From Candidatus Woesearchaeota archaeon (lineage in GTDB: Archaea; Nanobdellota; Nanobdellia; Woesearchaeales; ARS49), in contig QZIM01000002.1 of NCBI GenBank assembly GCA_003599055.1, positions 70,097-134,096 of the forward strand: a stretch of 64,000 nt of DNA. Reading direction: 5' to 3'. Of this stretch, positions 1-9,342 are shown piece by piece (the stretch's first letter is position 1; each line of letters opens with the position of its first letter). The notes beneath the pieces were generated by a model. The model made no database searches. It was given only the letters and a program-made list of their open reading frames with translations, and was not told the origin of the DNA. Position numbers and translations under genes: made by a program.

Positions 1-2
1 CG

Positions 3-764
3 ATGGCTGCGCGATTGCCGGACAAGTCAATTAAGGTCGTGCGGAAAAAGCACGTGGGTCTTGCGCAGCGTTACCGCATTTTAGGTCTTCCGTTGATGCG
101 CGGCGTGATTTCGCTTTTTGAGATGATGGTGATTGGTGTTCGCGCGCTTACGTGGAGCGCGAACCAGCAGGGTGAAGAGGAAGAGCTTGGGCCAATTGAA
201 TGGGTGATTACGTTTGGCCTTGCGCTTGCGCTGACAATTGGCCTTTTTGTCCTTCTGCCGTATTATGGTGCAAAATGGTCATTTGGCGAGGAGTCGCTTT
301 GGTTTGGTTTTGCCGAAGGCATCATTCGCCTTCTTATTTTTCTCTTGTACCTCGTGCTTATCGGCCGTATGGCGGATGTGAGGCGGATGTTTGAGTATCA
401 CGGCGCGGAGCATATGGCGGTGCACTGCTATGAGCACAAGCTTCCTTTGACGGTAAAGAACGTGGCAAAGTTTCCGCCGGAGCATCCAAGGTGTGGGACG
501 AACCTCTTGTTTTTGGTCATCGTGGTGAGCATTCTTTTGTTCTCGCTGGTGAAGGTTGACGGCTGGCATTGGAATATTGTTGCAAGAATCCTCTTGATTC
601 CGGTTGTTGCGGGGATTGCGTACGAGATTCTTAAGCTGAGCGCAAGGGTCAAATGGCTGTCTTGGATGGCAATGCCGGGCATTTGGGTGCAAAAGCTCAC
701 GACAAGAAAGCCAAAGGCGGACCAAATTGAGGTCGCGATTGCCGCGGTGGAGAAGGCAAAGTGA
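3..764 (+). CDS. DUF1385 (YqhQ-like) membrane protein, probably 5'-truncated by the window edge
   Basis: RMFEYHGAEH and HPRCGT motifs, several TM helices, QKLTTRKP...QIEVAI C-terminus. Confidence 0.85.
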   Translation: MAARLPDKSIKVVRKKHVGLAQRYRILGLPLMRGVISLFEMMVIGVRALTWSANQQGEEEELGPIEWVITFGLALALTIGLFVLLPYYGAKWSFGEESLWFGFAEGIIRLLIFLLYLVLIGRMADVRRMFEYHGAEHMAVHCYEHKLPLTVKNVAKFPPEHPRCGTNLLFLVIVVSILLFSLVKVDGWHWNIVARILLIPVVAGIAYEILKLSARVKWLSWMAMPGIWVQKLTTRKPKADQIEVAIAAVEKAK

Positions 765-916
765 TAAAGAAAATCGTGAGCGGTGTTGCGGCGGTTGCGT
801 GTTTTGTCTGGCTCACTGCGGCGGCGGCCGGCTTCATCACGTGGGGCTCGTTTTGGATTGGGATGATTTTGTTTGCGGGCCTTGCGTATGTGGTATTGCC
901 GCAGGTCAAAGAATAA
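761..916 (+). CDS. Small membrane protein (51 aa, MIKKIVSGVAAVACFVW...)
   Basis: Read by hand; GTGA overlap with the upstream stop; two hydrophobic helices; fills the gap exactly. Confidence 0.6.
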   Translation: MIKKIVSGVAAVACFVWLTAAAAGFITWGSFWIGMILFAGLAYVVLPQVKE

Positions 917-1267
917 TCACTGCACAACTATTTTTCCTTTCATATTCGGGTGGGGGGTGCAGATATAGTCGTACGTTCCGGGGGTGTCAAAGGTGATTTC
1001 TTTGCTTTCTCCGCTGGCAAGGGGTCCGGTGTCAAAGGAGTCGCCGGTCGCGGTATGGGTGACGCGGTCGAGGTTTTTGAACCGTACGCTTTCGCCCGCC
1101 CGAATGGTTACAACAGGAGGATTGAACGCGAATCCTTCAATGGTGACTTCAGTGAGTTGTCCGGTTTGGACGGGTGTTGTTTCTCCGGGTGCGGGCGGGC
1201 TTGGGGGTAATTCTTCTGCGCAGGACGCCAAAAACAAGAGTGCAAGGAGTATCGCTGCTTTTTTCAT
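917..1267 (-). CDS. Cupredoxin (plastocyanin/amicyanin-like) lipoprotein
   Basis: Lipobox LASC; HTAT and YICTPHPNMKG type-1 copper ligands. Confidence 0.9.
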   Translation of the reverse strand: MKKAAILLALLFLASCAEELPPSPPAPGETTPVQTGQLTEVTIEGFAFNPPVVTIRAGESVRFKNLDRVTHTATGDSFDTGPLASGESKEITFDTPGTYDYICTPHPNMKGKIVVQ

Positions 1268-1308
1268 TTTCCAATGGCGTGTTTTGCGGGTTTATATGTT
1301 TTTGCTCT

Positions 1309-1396
1309 CCTGATGACGGGTAACCGAACACTGGCGCCTGATAACTGAGAACCGATAACTGACAACCAACCACCAACTGCCAACCACAAACCGCCA
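1309..1396. repeat. Degenerate heptamer tandem repeat (ACCGATA/ACTGACA/ACCAACC...)
   Basis: About 12 in-phase 7-nt units in the intergenic space. Confidence 0.75.
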
Positions 1397-1437
1397 GTTC
1401 CGCAGTCTTTTTATTGTGCGGTCATTTCCAACGCGGT

Positions 1438-2130
1438 ATGAACGTGTCATCGGTTTTGCAATTTGTCGGCCTTCTTGTTGTTATTGGGGCAGGGGTTTTG
1501 CTGGTGCAGTATGCAGAGGAGCAGGGAGTCTCTCCTATTGAGGTTCGTGATTTCGTTGCAGGTTTTGGGGTGTGGTCGGCAATAATTTTTCTTATGTTCA
1601 ACGCGCTTTGCGGCATTTTGTTTGTTCCCGGGCTGGTGACGCTTGCAATCGGCGCGGTTTTGTTTGGCGCAGGAGCGGGATTTATTCTCAACCTTTTCGG
1701 AACAATGCTTGCGGCAATTGCGGGTTTTGCGCTCGCCCGCCTGCTGGGGAAGCGTTTTGTGCAGGATTTGCTCGGACGGCGTTTTGAGCCTTTGCAAACG
1801 CGTATTGCGGGGAATGGGCGACGGGTGATGTTTTGGCTGCGGCTGGTTCCGGTTGTTCCGTTTTTCGGGTTGAATTATGTTGCGGGGGTGAGCAGGATTT
1901 CTTTTATGGACTATGTGGAGGGTTCTTTTCTTGGGATGATTCCGCCGGTTTTTATGTACACGTATTTGTTTGCGGCAATCGGGGAGTCAGTGTTAACGGA
2001 TGGTTTTTCACGTGCATTGCTCGCATCGCCGCACGTTGTTGTGCCGGTTGTTGTATTGGCGCTTTTGGTTGTTCTTCCGGTGGTGTTCAGAAAGAGGCTT
2101 GCGCGATTTGAGCAGAAGTTGGAGCGTTAA
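1438..2130 (+). CDS. TVP38/TMEM64 (DedA/VTT) membrane protein
   Basis: G-x-LFG...GTMLAA and LRLVPVVPF..LNYVAG motifs. Confidence 0.85.
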   Translation: MNVSSVLQFVGLLVVIGAGVLLVQYAEEQGVSPIEVRDFVAGFGVWSAIIFLMFNALCGILFVPGLVTLAIGAVLFGAGAGFILNLFGTMLAAIAGFALARLLGKRFVQDLLGRRFEPLQTRIAGNGRRVMFWLRLVPVVPFFGLNYVAGVSRISFMDYVEGSFLGMIPPVFMYTYLFAAIGESVLTDGFSRALLASPHVVVPVVVLALLVVLPVVFRKRLARFEQKLER

Positions 2131-2534
2131 AGGCGTTCTCTGAGTTCTTGTTTGAGCGCGTAGGTGAATGCGCGAAGGTCCGGGCTGCTTGGGCGGGCGT
2201 ATGGCTGTTCTTTTTGTTCTGAGCGCGGGATGGTGTTGCTGATGGTAAAGTCGCTGATGGTCTCCCGTGCAAGGATTTTGGCAAGGCTGCGCGCTGCGTC
2301 GTGGTAGATGCGCGGGTGTCCTGATGCGTTCTGCGCGGTGATTCGGTAAAGGGTATTTCCGATGGAGTAAAGGACGCGAAGCTCTTTTCCGCCGTCAAGA
2401 ATTCGATCTCCGAGCGCAATGTCTGTTGTGCGGGAGGTTGGCGCAGCGTCAAGGAGCGCGTCAAGGTCATCGCCAACAGTTGGAAGCGCGCTTTGGGTGA
2501 GCGCTTGTGCAACTGCTCTTTCTTCGGGAGTCAT
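2127..2534 (-). CDS. Hypothetical protein
   Basis: 135-aa ORF with an upstream TATA-like box. Confidence 0.6.
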   Translation of the reverse strand: MTPEERAVAQALTQSALPTVGDDLDALLDAAPTSRTTDIALGDRILDGGKELRVLYSIGNTLYRITAQNASGHPRIYHDAARSLAKILARETISDFTISNTIPRSEQKEQPYARPSSPDLRAFTYALKQELRERL

Positions 2535-2670
2535 ACGGCACGCCCTCAGGCAGTGATTTATTAAGCTTTGGATTTTATATAAATTATATGATATCGCTCA
2601 TAATAATTATTCACTCTCGAGTGGTTATTTTTTGGAAAACTTTATAAATTGCCGTTCCGGGCAGCGTCCT

Positions 2671-4092
2671 ATGGAAGAGAGCAGGCTCGAGGCGCTTATC
2701 AGGAGCGCATTTGAGGAAGGTGCAAGGGTTCTTGAGGCACGGGATGTGCCGTATGAGCTGCCTGCAGTGCAGATTGCAAAAGGGCTCACGAACAAGAACA
2801 TAAAGGCGGATGTTGAATCGCTCGTTCGACTTGAGCAATTGATTGCGGGCGCAGTTCCGTCTTCTGCAACAGGTCCGTTTGCAGGGTTCGCGACCGCGGT
2901 TTTCGCAGGACAGGCAGCGTACAAATTTTGGGACGGCGCAGCGTGTGCGCCATATCACGTGTTTTTGCCGGCGGTTTCTGCCTGTTTTTACGCAGTGCCA
3001 AAGAGGTATCGTTTTGATGAGGTCTTCTTTGGGCTTCTCAGTGCGGGAATTATTCTCACTTCATTAGGCAATCACAACGAGCCTGCGCTGAAGTATGCGC
3101 TGCCGGCAACGTTGGGTCTTGCTGCGCTTTCGGCAATCACGCGTTACGTTAAGGGCGGTTATTCTTCTGAGAGCAGAGCTGCGGTAGGGCAGGCAATCGA
3201 ATCTGCAAAAATGCATTTGCGGGAGCTAAAGCGAGCATCCGCTGAGCAAAGGGATGGGTATGCGCAGACGCTGACCGTTCCTCCTGCAGGCGGGCAGGCC
3301 AAAGGAAGCGGGGAGTGTAATGGGTTGTATTTGGACAGGCGCCAGCGCAGGGCGCAATTCAAGCGGCAAAGTTCTGATGAGCAGCCCGTGGTGGACCATA
3401 TTCCAAAGCACGGGTTTAAAAAGCGAAATGAGGAATCTTCAGTTGATTCTGTTGTGAGTGACTGCAGTGATGTTGAGGAAATTGGAGAGGGTGTGCCTGA
3501 GTATGACCGCTACGTGATGCATTTGAATCGCAAGTATGGTGTTTCACTTGAAACCGCATCAGCGCTTGCGGAAGAATATGGCGTAAAACGGTTCAAGCGC
3601 AATATGCAAAGGCTCAAGCGTGAGTATGATACGCGTGAGATAAAAAGAAAACTGGCGCAAGACCCTTCGCTTCTTGGGAACGGCCCGAAGAAAGAACACG
3701 CGTCCCAAGAAGGAGAGGTGGCGGACCGTGAGCTTGAATTGTACTGGCGCCTGATGCGCGCGCAAAAAATGGACCCGGAAGTTGTGCACGCGGTTCTTGT
3801 GGTCGGCTTTGGCCTTGACGGTGCGGACCCGCGCATTGCTGAGCGCTACATCAACTATGATGATTTTATGAATCGCGTAAACCGGGTCATTCCTGCGAAA
3901 ATGTCTGATGCGCAGGCTTATTTCAGGTCTTTGGTTGCTGCGGGCGTTATTTCGGAAAAGAAGCGCGGTGAAGTGGTGCGGCTTGATGCGCGCTGGCACG
4001 AGCGTGCAGGAGGCATTGAGCGGGAGTATATCAGTTACGCGCTTGAGCGGCGGAATCGGAGCGGACGGCTGCCTCGTCCGAATTCAGTTTAG
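2671..4092 (+). CDS. Hypothetical membrane-associated protein
   Basis: Long ORF; TTTATAAA at 2641; N-terminal TM region and charged C-terminal domains. Confidence 0.7.
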   Translation: MEESRLEALIRSAFEEGARVLEARDVPYELPAVQIAKGLTNKNIKADVESLVRLEQLIAGAVPSSATGPFAGFATAVFAGQAAYKFWDGAACAPYHVFLPAVSACFYAVPKRYRFDEVFFGLLSAGIILTSLGNHNEPALKYALPATLGLAALSAITRYVKGGYSSESRAAVGQAIESAKMHLRELKRASAEQRDGYAQTLTVPPAGGQAKGSGECNGLYLDRRQRRAQFKRQSSDEQPVVDHIPKHGFKKRNEESSVDSVVSDCSDVEEIGEGVPEYDRYVMHLNRKYGVSLETASALAEEYGVKRFKRNMQRLKREYDTREIKRKLAQDPSLLGNGPKKEHASQEGEVADRELELYWRLMRAQKMDPEVVHAVLVVGFGLDGADPRIAERYINYDDFMNRVNRVIPAKMSDAQAYFRSLVAAGVISEKKRGEVVRLDARWHERAGGIEREYISYALERRNRSGRLPRPNSV

Positions 4093-5023
4093 TTGCCTGC
4101 GGTAAAAATCCTCTGATTTCTTCAACGCTTTTCGCCCTGCTCAGTTTGTCCCGCATTTCGGCTCCGCCGCGTATTCCTTTGGTGAAGCTCATCGCGTGGG
4201 TTAAAATGAGGGGGTATTTCAGGTTATATTTCTCTGCAAGTTCCAGAAATTCGAAAAAGTGCGCGATGCGGTCTGTTTCAGGATATTTTCCGTTTTTCAG
4301 ATAATCGTTTATCTGCGTGAACAAGTACGGGTTTCCGATTGCTCCGCGTGCAACAAGTATTGCATCAACGCCGCTTTGGTCAAGCCGTTTTTTAAAATCT
4401 TCAGGGGTGAACACATCGCCGTTTCCGATGACGGGAATGTTGACTTTTTCTTTCACGGTGCGAATAATGTCCCAGTTCGCAATCCCTGAGTAGCCTTGTT
4501 TTTGTGTCCTGCCGTGAATTGCAATCGCGGCAGCTCCCGCATCTTCCGCAAGCCGCGCAATTTCAAGTGCATTAATGTTTTGCTCATCAATTCCGATTCG
4601 TATCTTCAAGGTTACCGGTTTTGAAACAGCGCTTGCAAGTTTGTTGATGAATGTGGCAATGCCTTCAGGTTTTTTGAGCATTTCCGAGCCGGCGCCGGTC
4701 TTGATGACTTTCCACGCAGGGCAGCCGCAGTTAACGTCAATGAGGTCAAAGTCGTTTTCAACCAGCCGTGCTGCAGAGACAACGTCATCAACTGAGCTTC
4801 CGAATAGCTGGACGGCAACAGGAGTTTCAATCGGGTCGGTTTTGAGCATATCGAGCGTGTGCAGGTTGCCGCGAACAATCGCGGTCCCGCTCAAAAATTC
4901 AGTGCAGGTAAGTCCTGCGCCGTATTTCTTGCACAAAGCGCGAAACGCAACGTCCGTGACGCCTGCCATTGGCGAAAGTATTGCGGGCGATGCGAGTTTT
5001 GGGAATGCTGCTTTGTGCTTCAT
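4031..5023 (-). CDS. dusB: tRNA-dihydrouridine synthase (DusB/Nifr3-like)
   Basis: SPMAGVTD, NCGCP, HGRT and GNGDV motifs. Confidence 0.93.
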   Translation of the reverse strand: MKHKAAFPKLASPAILSPMAGVTDVAFRALCKKYGAGLTCTEFLSGTAIVRGNLHTLDMLKTDPIETPVAVQLFGSSVDDVVSAARLVENDFDLIDVNCGCPAWKVIKTGAGSEMLKKPEGIATFINKLASAVSKPVTLKIRIGIDEQNINALEIARLAEDAGAAAIAIHGRTQKQGYSGIANWDIIRTVKEKVNIPVIGNGDVFTPEDFKKRLDQSGVDAILVARGAIGNPYLFTQINDYLKNGKYPETDRIAHFFEFLELAEKYNLKYPLILTHAMSFTKGIRGGAEMRDKLSRAKSVEEIRGFLPQATKLNSDEAAVRSDSAAQARN

Positions 5024-5370
5024 TTTTTCGGGCAGAACGGGCAGTCTCCGAATGGCAATGTGATGTGTCCGTTTGGGCAGAAGGGTGATTCTGGCCTGAG
5101 TTTTTGGCGTTCAACGTCTTGTCCGCTTGCGAGTTTTGCAAGGATGCTCGCAAGCCGAAAAAAGTCACTCAGAGGAGTCACGCTTCCTTGCCCCGAATAA
5201 GTGTCAATCACTTGTTTTTGTCCTGCGGTGTAGCCGAATTCAAGGGCTGCCTGGGCAAGCTTGTATGCGTCAGGGGGAAGTTCAGGGTTGTTTCGCAAGA
5301 CCGTGTAAGGAAGAGCACGTTGCGTGTGGTAGGTTTCTTCAAGTTCGCGTTTTACCTGTTCAGGGTCCAT
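5020..5370 (-). CDS. Hypothetical protein with C-terminal zinc ribbon
   Basis: CPNGH...CPFC; ATGA-coupled to dusB. Confidence 0.65.
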   Translation of the reverse strand: MDPEQVKRELEETYHTQRALPYTVLRNNPELPPDAYKLAQAALEFGYTAGQKQVIDTYSGQGSVTPLSDFFRLASILAKLASGQDVERQKLRPESPFCPNGHITLPFGDCPFCPKK

Positions 5371-5485
5371 ATCGTGGATTTTCTTGCAGTCTGTTTATAA
5401 AGAGTTCGGAAGATTTCCGGCAACAGGCAGAAGCATTCCGTGTTCTTCCCGCAAACGCATTTTAAGAGAAAAATGAAAGAAAAAG

Positions 5486-5631
5486 TGCCAGTCAAAAGCT
5501 GGCAAAGACGGCGGCGCTGGGCGATGCTGGTTCGCCCGCCAAGCTGAGAACTTGGTGTCAGAAATGACCACGGGGTTCAAAAGCTTTGCGGTTTGGGCCG
5601 GGAGCGTGAAACTCCCCGCGCCGTCGTTCTT
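5486..5631 (+). ncRNA. Putative structured ncRNA, copy A (unknown family)
   Basis: TTTAAG box at 5461; 5' hairpin; ACGGCGGCG/CGCCGTCGT closing stem; internal hairpins that covary with copy B; T-tract end. Confidence 0.7.
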
Positions 5632-6069
5632 TTACTTGTACTTTTCCTGCAGTGCATTCAAAAAGTGCGCAAAGTCCGGCGCGAGCGGATATTCCTGTAA
5701 TCGCGCAATCTGCAAATATTCAAGTTTGCTGAACCGTTCAGGCTCCTGAATTGCGGGTGTCCCGCGCTCAAGTCGCATCAAAAACTTGTACGCGACTGCT
5801 TCTTTTCCGCTTGGTATTTTGAACGGCACTTTTGCAAAGAGTTTAGGCGAAGAAAATGCAACGTCTCCCAGTTCTTCTTTTCCCTCGCGCACGGCTGCGC
5901 GTGCAAAGTCATCAATTGTTGGCGATGACGCGTCCTCGCAATCAGTTTCCTCAACTCTTCCGCCGGGTGTTTCCCAATGCGCGTGTTCCGGCCGGTACAA
6001 GAGCAGAAGCTCTTTTCGCTCGTTCACGATAAGGCAGCTGGCGAGCAGGAGTTTGCCGTTGTGTATCAT
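5632..6069 (-). CDS. NUDIX hydrolase
   Basis: WETPGGRVE...AAVREGKEELG Nudix box with an insertion. Confidence 0.88.
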   Translation of the reverse strand: MIHNGKLLLASCLIVNERKELLLLYRPEHAHWETPGGRVEETDCEDASSPTIDDFARAAVREGKEELGDVAFSSPKLFAKVPFKIPSGKEAVAYKFLMRLERGTPAIQEPERFSKLEYLQIARLQEYPLAPDFAHFLNALQEKYK

Positions 6070-6187
6070 ATTGTGAATTTTCTTCCGGTCGGTTTATTAA
6101 TATGCCTGAAAAATTTTCAACAAGGTCTGAAAACTCTCCTTATTTTTAATGCGAACTCACTTTAAGAGAAAAAGAAGAAAGAAAGCC

Positions 6188-6330
6188 GCCGACGCACGTC
6201 GGCAACGGCGGCGTTGAGCAATCTGGTTGCTCGCCAAGCTGAAACCTTGGTTTCCGAAAGGATATCGGGGTTCAAAAGCTTTGCGGTTTGGGCCGGGAGC
6301 GTGAAACTCCCCGCGCCGCCGTTCTTTTTT
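6188..6330 (+). ncRNA. Putative structured ncRNA, copy B (unknown family)
   Basis: TTTAAG box at 6161; AACGGCGGCG/CGCCGCCGTT closing stem; 3' half nearly identical to copy A; T-tract. Confidence 0.7.
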
Positions 6331-8244
6331 TCACATCAGCACTTCATATTCCTTCCCAAACCAGCGTTTCAAACTCTCAAAGAGCGGTTCGCGAAGGCGA
6401 ATGGGCAAAGGAACGAGTTTTGCGAGCGCGTGTTCAAATTCTTCGAGCGTGCAGGCAGAGCTGTTCCCAAGTGAGCCGTCTTGTTCTACCGGTGCTTTTT
6501 CCATTGGTCGGTTTTTGTCGTCAAGGTCAACGACAATGAATGCCGTGTTGCCAAGGATGGTGACTTCGCCGTGTTTGTTGCCGTGTTTTACGCGAAGTTT
6601 TGCGCGGTCGAGTTCTCGTGCGCGCTTGCGGTGCATGTGGTCAACTAAGAACTTGAGCAGTTCGCCGGTTTCTTTGCGTACTTTTTCAAGGTCGTTTTTG
6701 CCAAGTTTTCCCGCATCAAAGAGTCCTTTGCTTTTGACTAAGTCGTGCAGGGTTCGCAAATACTTTGCAGGCACTTTGCCGGTTGCGATGAGTTTCTCTT
6801 CAAAAACAATCGGAAGTTCTGCTTCGCGCGCGGCTTCTACGCCTTCAATTTTTAAGACGTCGCGAAGGACGGTTTGCAACGTGTCATACATTGTGACCAT
6901 GTTTTCGTCGTCTTTTTGTTTCTCAATCTGCGTGAACAGCCGTTTGAGTCGTTTCATATACTTCTCGCAGTCGGCCATCAGCTTGTCCACGTCTTTTCCG
7001 GTGAAGTCCGGGATTTTTCCGTGCTCCATGTCTTTGTAGATGCCGATGACTCTCTCCAGGATTTCGACGTATTCTTCTTCAAGCAGTCCTTCTTTTTTGA
7101 CAAAAATTTCCCGGACAACGCCTGCGGTTTCTTTTGGCGCGGGCGGGGGAACGCCGTACAGCATAAGGGCGGCTTGTGTCGGGCTGTGGATTCCCCAGTA
7201 GAAGTCTTCGGTGGCAATGGTTTTGAGTTTTGCCTTGATGCGGTCAAGCGTTTGCTCTCCGCCTGAGAGGAACATATCGATTGCTTCGGCGGATGGTTTA
7301 ATCTTGCCCATCTTGAGCAGTTGTTTCCAAGGCATAAAGATGCCGCGGTCATACAAGGGCACGCCGTCGCGAAGGAACGTGAAGCAAACAGGGTTTGATT
7401 CGCGCATCATATCCCAGAAGTCAGTCAGGATGTAGACTTGGATGGACAGTTTGTTGCGGATGCCGGTTATTTCGCCTGCTTCAAAGGTCATTTGCTGGAT
7501 GATGCCGCGCAGCTTGTCGCGCAGTTCCGCGCGCGTCATTTTCTTGACGTCAGTATCGTCAATAATGACAACAACGTCAATGTCTGATGTCGGCTTTGCC
7601 TGGCCTTTGACCATTGAGCCTGCCAAGACGTACGCGACAATGTATTTCTCAAATTTCTTAAGGACCATTGAGCGGTGGAGTTCCGCAATGCGAATCGCGC
7701 CGAGCATTCCGGTGTCGTAGACGGGTGCGCTCATGCCGATTAATTGCAACAGGTCGTATTTTGCGTCGTAGCAGTTCTGCCACAGTTCCGAGATGAGGAG
7801 TGTTTGCGGGACGATTGCCGGGTCGATTTCTTTGGCCGTTTGCGCCATTATTGCGGAGAGCTTGTCGCGCAGTTCGAACTTGCTCATTTTGGTCGGCTCG
7901 CTGTCGTCAATCAAAACAAGCGTGTGGTATTTGTCCTTGTCCTGCTCGAATCTTTTTTGTTCTTCGGCGAAAATGTCAGGAGGAAGGTTTGGTGAGGGTG
8001 GGCGCGGTGGGGGCAAAAGTGCCATTCCGACAATGTACTTGTCAAACTTTTCAAGGGTTAATTTTTGGAATTTTTCGAGCTTTTCCTTGATTGCCTTCAT
8101 TTTTTCGGCGACTTCAGGGGGAAGGTTGGGAGGTAATTGCATTCCTTTGGGCGCGTCTTTCGATTCGTCTTTCTTTTCTGTTTTCTTGTCGTACTTTTCA
8201 GTGGGCTGCTCGGTTTTTGTTTCCTTTGTTGTTTTCTTTACCAT
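6331..8244 (-). CDS. Tandem Pol-beta-type nucleotidyltransferase (first copy degenerate) plus HEPN-like helical domain
   Basis: GSMVKG...SDIDVVVIIDD; internal repeat KF(D/E)KYIV...IDD...ELRDKL; QAALM..G and HGK HEPN-like region. Confidence 0.8.
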   Translation of the reverse strand: MVKKTTKETKTEQPTEKYDKKTEKKDESKDAPKGMQLPPNLPPEVAEKMKAIKEKLEKFQKLTLEKFDKYIVGMALLPPPRPPSPNLPPDIFAEEQKRFEQDKDKYHTLVLIDDSEPTKMSKFELRDKLSAIMAQTAKEIDPAIVPQTLLISELWQNCYDAKYDLLQLIGMSAPVYDTGMLGAIRIAELHRSMVLKKFEKYIVAYVLAGSMVKGQAKPTSDIDVVVIIDDTDVKKMTRAELRDKLRGIIQQMTFEAGEITGIRNKLSIQVYILTDFWDMMRESNPVCFTFLRDGVPLYDRGIFMPWKQLLKMGKIKPSAEAIDMFLSGGEQTLDRIKAKLKTIATEDFYWGIHSPTQAALMLYGVPPPAPKETAGVVREIFVKKEGLLEEEYVEILERVIGIYKDMEHGKIPDFTGKDVDKLMADCEKYMKRLKRLFTQIEKQKDDENMVTMYDTLQTVLRDVLKIEGVEAAREAELPIVFEEKLIATGKVPAKYLRTLHDLVKSKGLFDAGKLGKNDLEKVRKETGELLKFLVDHMHRKRARELDRAKLRVKHGNKHGEVTILGNTAFIVVDLDDKNRPMEKAPVEQDGSLGNSSACTLEEFEHALAKLVPLPIRLREPLFESLKRWFGKEYEVLM

Positions 8245-9002
8245 GAGGTTCCTCCGTGCGTGATGCTGGTCGCGCCGTTTGCGATTGTTTTGAATATGTC
8301 AAGTGCTGAGTTGCCTGTCCATCGAAGTGTGTTGACGAAGTCAAGTGCGACGTCGTGAAGCCCGTTGCGGGCAGGGTTGAGACGGATGTTTGGCGCAAGT
8401 CCTGCGATGTTTTCGTTTCGTATTGTTTCCATCCACGCAATGCTGAATGCGTGCGCTTTTGCCTCTTCGTCGCGCTTGTCGGGAAGCGTTGGGGACAGGA
8501 CGTGGCCGATTTCGTGCCCAAGAGTTAAGAGCATTGCATCCAGATGGTCTTGCTTGACAACAATAGTGCTCACTCCTTTGCCGAAGTTGTTGATGCTGTA
8601 GCCGACGACTTGTCCGCGCGCGGTGATAGGGTGTCTTTTTTCAAAATCGGCTGCGTTCTGGATGGTGATGGTGATGTGTTCGCGGGGAAATGGTTGTCCC
8701 GTGATTTTTTCAAATGCTTGTTCAAGAACGCTCTGGATTTCTCCAAGTTCGGTAACGATTGGTGTCCACGGTCGGTTGTCTTCAAGGTATGTGTCAACAA
8801 TGCTTTCGTGCGGTCCGCCGTATTGTGCGGGGGGGCGGGCTTGGTATTCGTTTCCCGAGTACGCGTGTTGCTCGCTTCGTGCGGGTGAGCTTCCATAAGC
8901 GCTTCCTGAGGAATAGCTGCTGCTGCTGCCGTATGCAGCGCGCGAATTATTTCCGCCATAGGACGTTCCGCCTCCGTAGCTTGAACCGCTGAAATAACTC
9001 AT
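8238..9002 (-). CDS. Putative zinc metallopeptidase with S/G/Y-rich N-terminus
   Basis: HEIGH...EEAKAHAF motif. Confidence 0.65.
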   Translation of the reverse strand: MSYFSGSSYGGGTSYGGNNSRAAYGSSSSYSSGSAYGSSPARSEQHAYSGNEYQARPPAQYGGPHESIVDTYLEDNRPWTPIVTELGEIQSVLEQAFEKITGQPFPREHITITIQNAADFEKRHPITARGQVVGYSINNFGKGVSTIVVKQDHLDAMLLTLGHEIGHVLSPTLPDKRDEEAKAHAFSIAWMETIRNENIAGLAPNIRLNPARNGLHDVALDFVNTLRWTGNSALDIFKTIANGATSITHGGTSW

Positions 9003-9199
9003 TTCTTGACTGCCTCTTCAAGGTTGGGCGCTTCCTTTTTGGCTTCTGCTTCAAGGTCTACGCCGAGGTCTTTGAGCCCTTTGAGGTGCGCCTGCATCAG
9101 TTGTTCAACAATCTGAACTATGCGCAAAAGTTCCTGTCTTTCCTTTGCAAGCGTGGTGAGCGCTCCTTTGTGGAATCCGATTTGTTCTTCGTTTGCCAT
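8999..9199 (-). CDS. Small coiled-coil hypothetical protein
   Basis: ATGA-coupled first gene of the operon; GGAG RBS. Confidence 0.75.
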   Translation of the reverse strand: MANEEQIGFHKGALTTLAKERQELLRIVQIVEQLMQAHLKGLKDLGVDLEAEAKKEAPNLEEAVKK

Positions 9200-9215
9200 T
9201 TTGTGTTCTCCGGCG

Positions 9216-9296
9216 AATAGTCCTAAGGGACTATTTTGTCATACTGGTGTTTATAAAGACGTTTTGCGATAAAAAGCTAAGTGACAAAAAAGTCAC
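9216..9296. promoter_or_regulatory. Divergent promoter region with two palindromes (AATAGTCC-N4-GGACTATT; GTGAC-N6-GTCAC)
   Basis: Inverted repeats on either side of TTTATAAA. Confidence 0.45.
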
Positions 9297-9342
9297 ATTT
9301 TTTTGAATAAGGTATTTATAGTTTTAATACTACTTGAGTGTG

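Noticed and set aside
5486..6330. 5S rRNA, SRP RNA, RNase P RNA or hammerhead ribozyme
   Set aside because: The closing stem resembles 5S helix I but the CCGAAC loop is absent; the SRP helix 8, GAGGAAAGUCC and CUGANGA/GAAA cores were not found
5486..6330. Simple terminators of the minus-strand genes, or IS ends around the NUDIX gene
   Set aside because: Multi-branch covarying structure, own TATA boxes and + strand tetraloops; no transposase or target-site duplication seen. Not fully excluded
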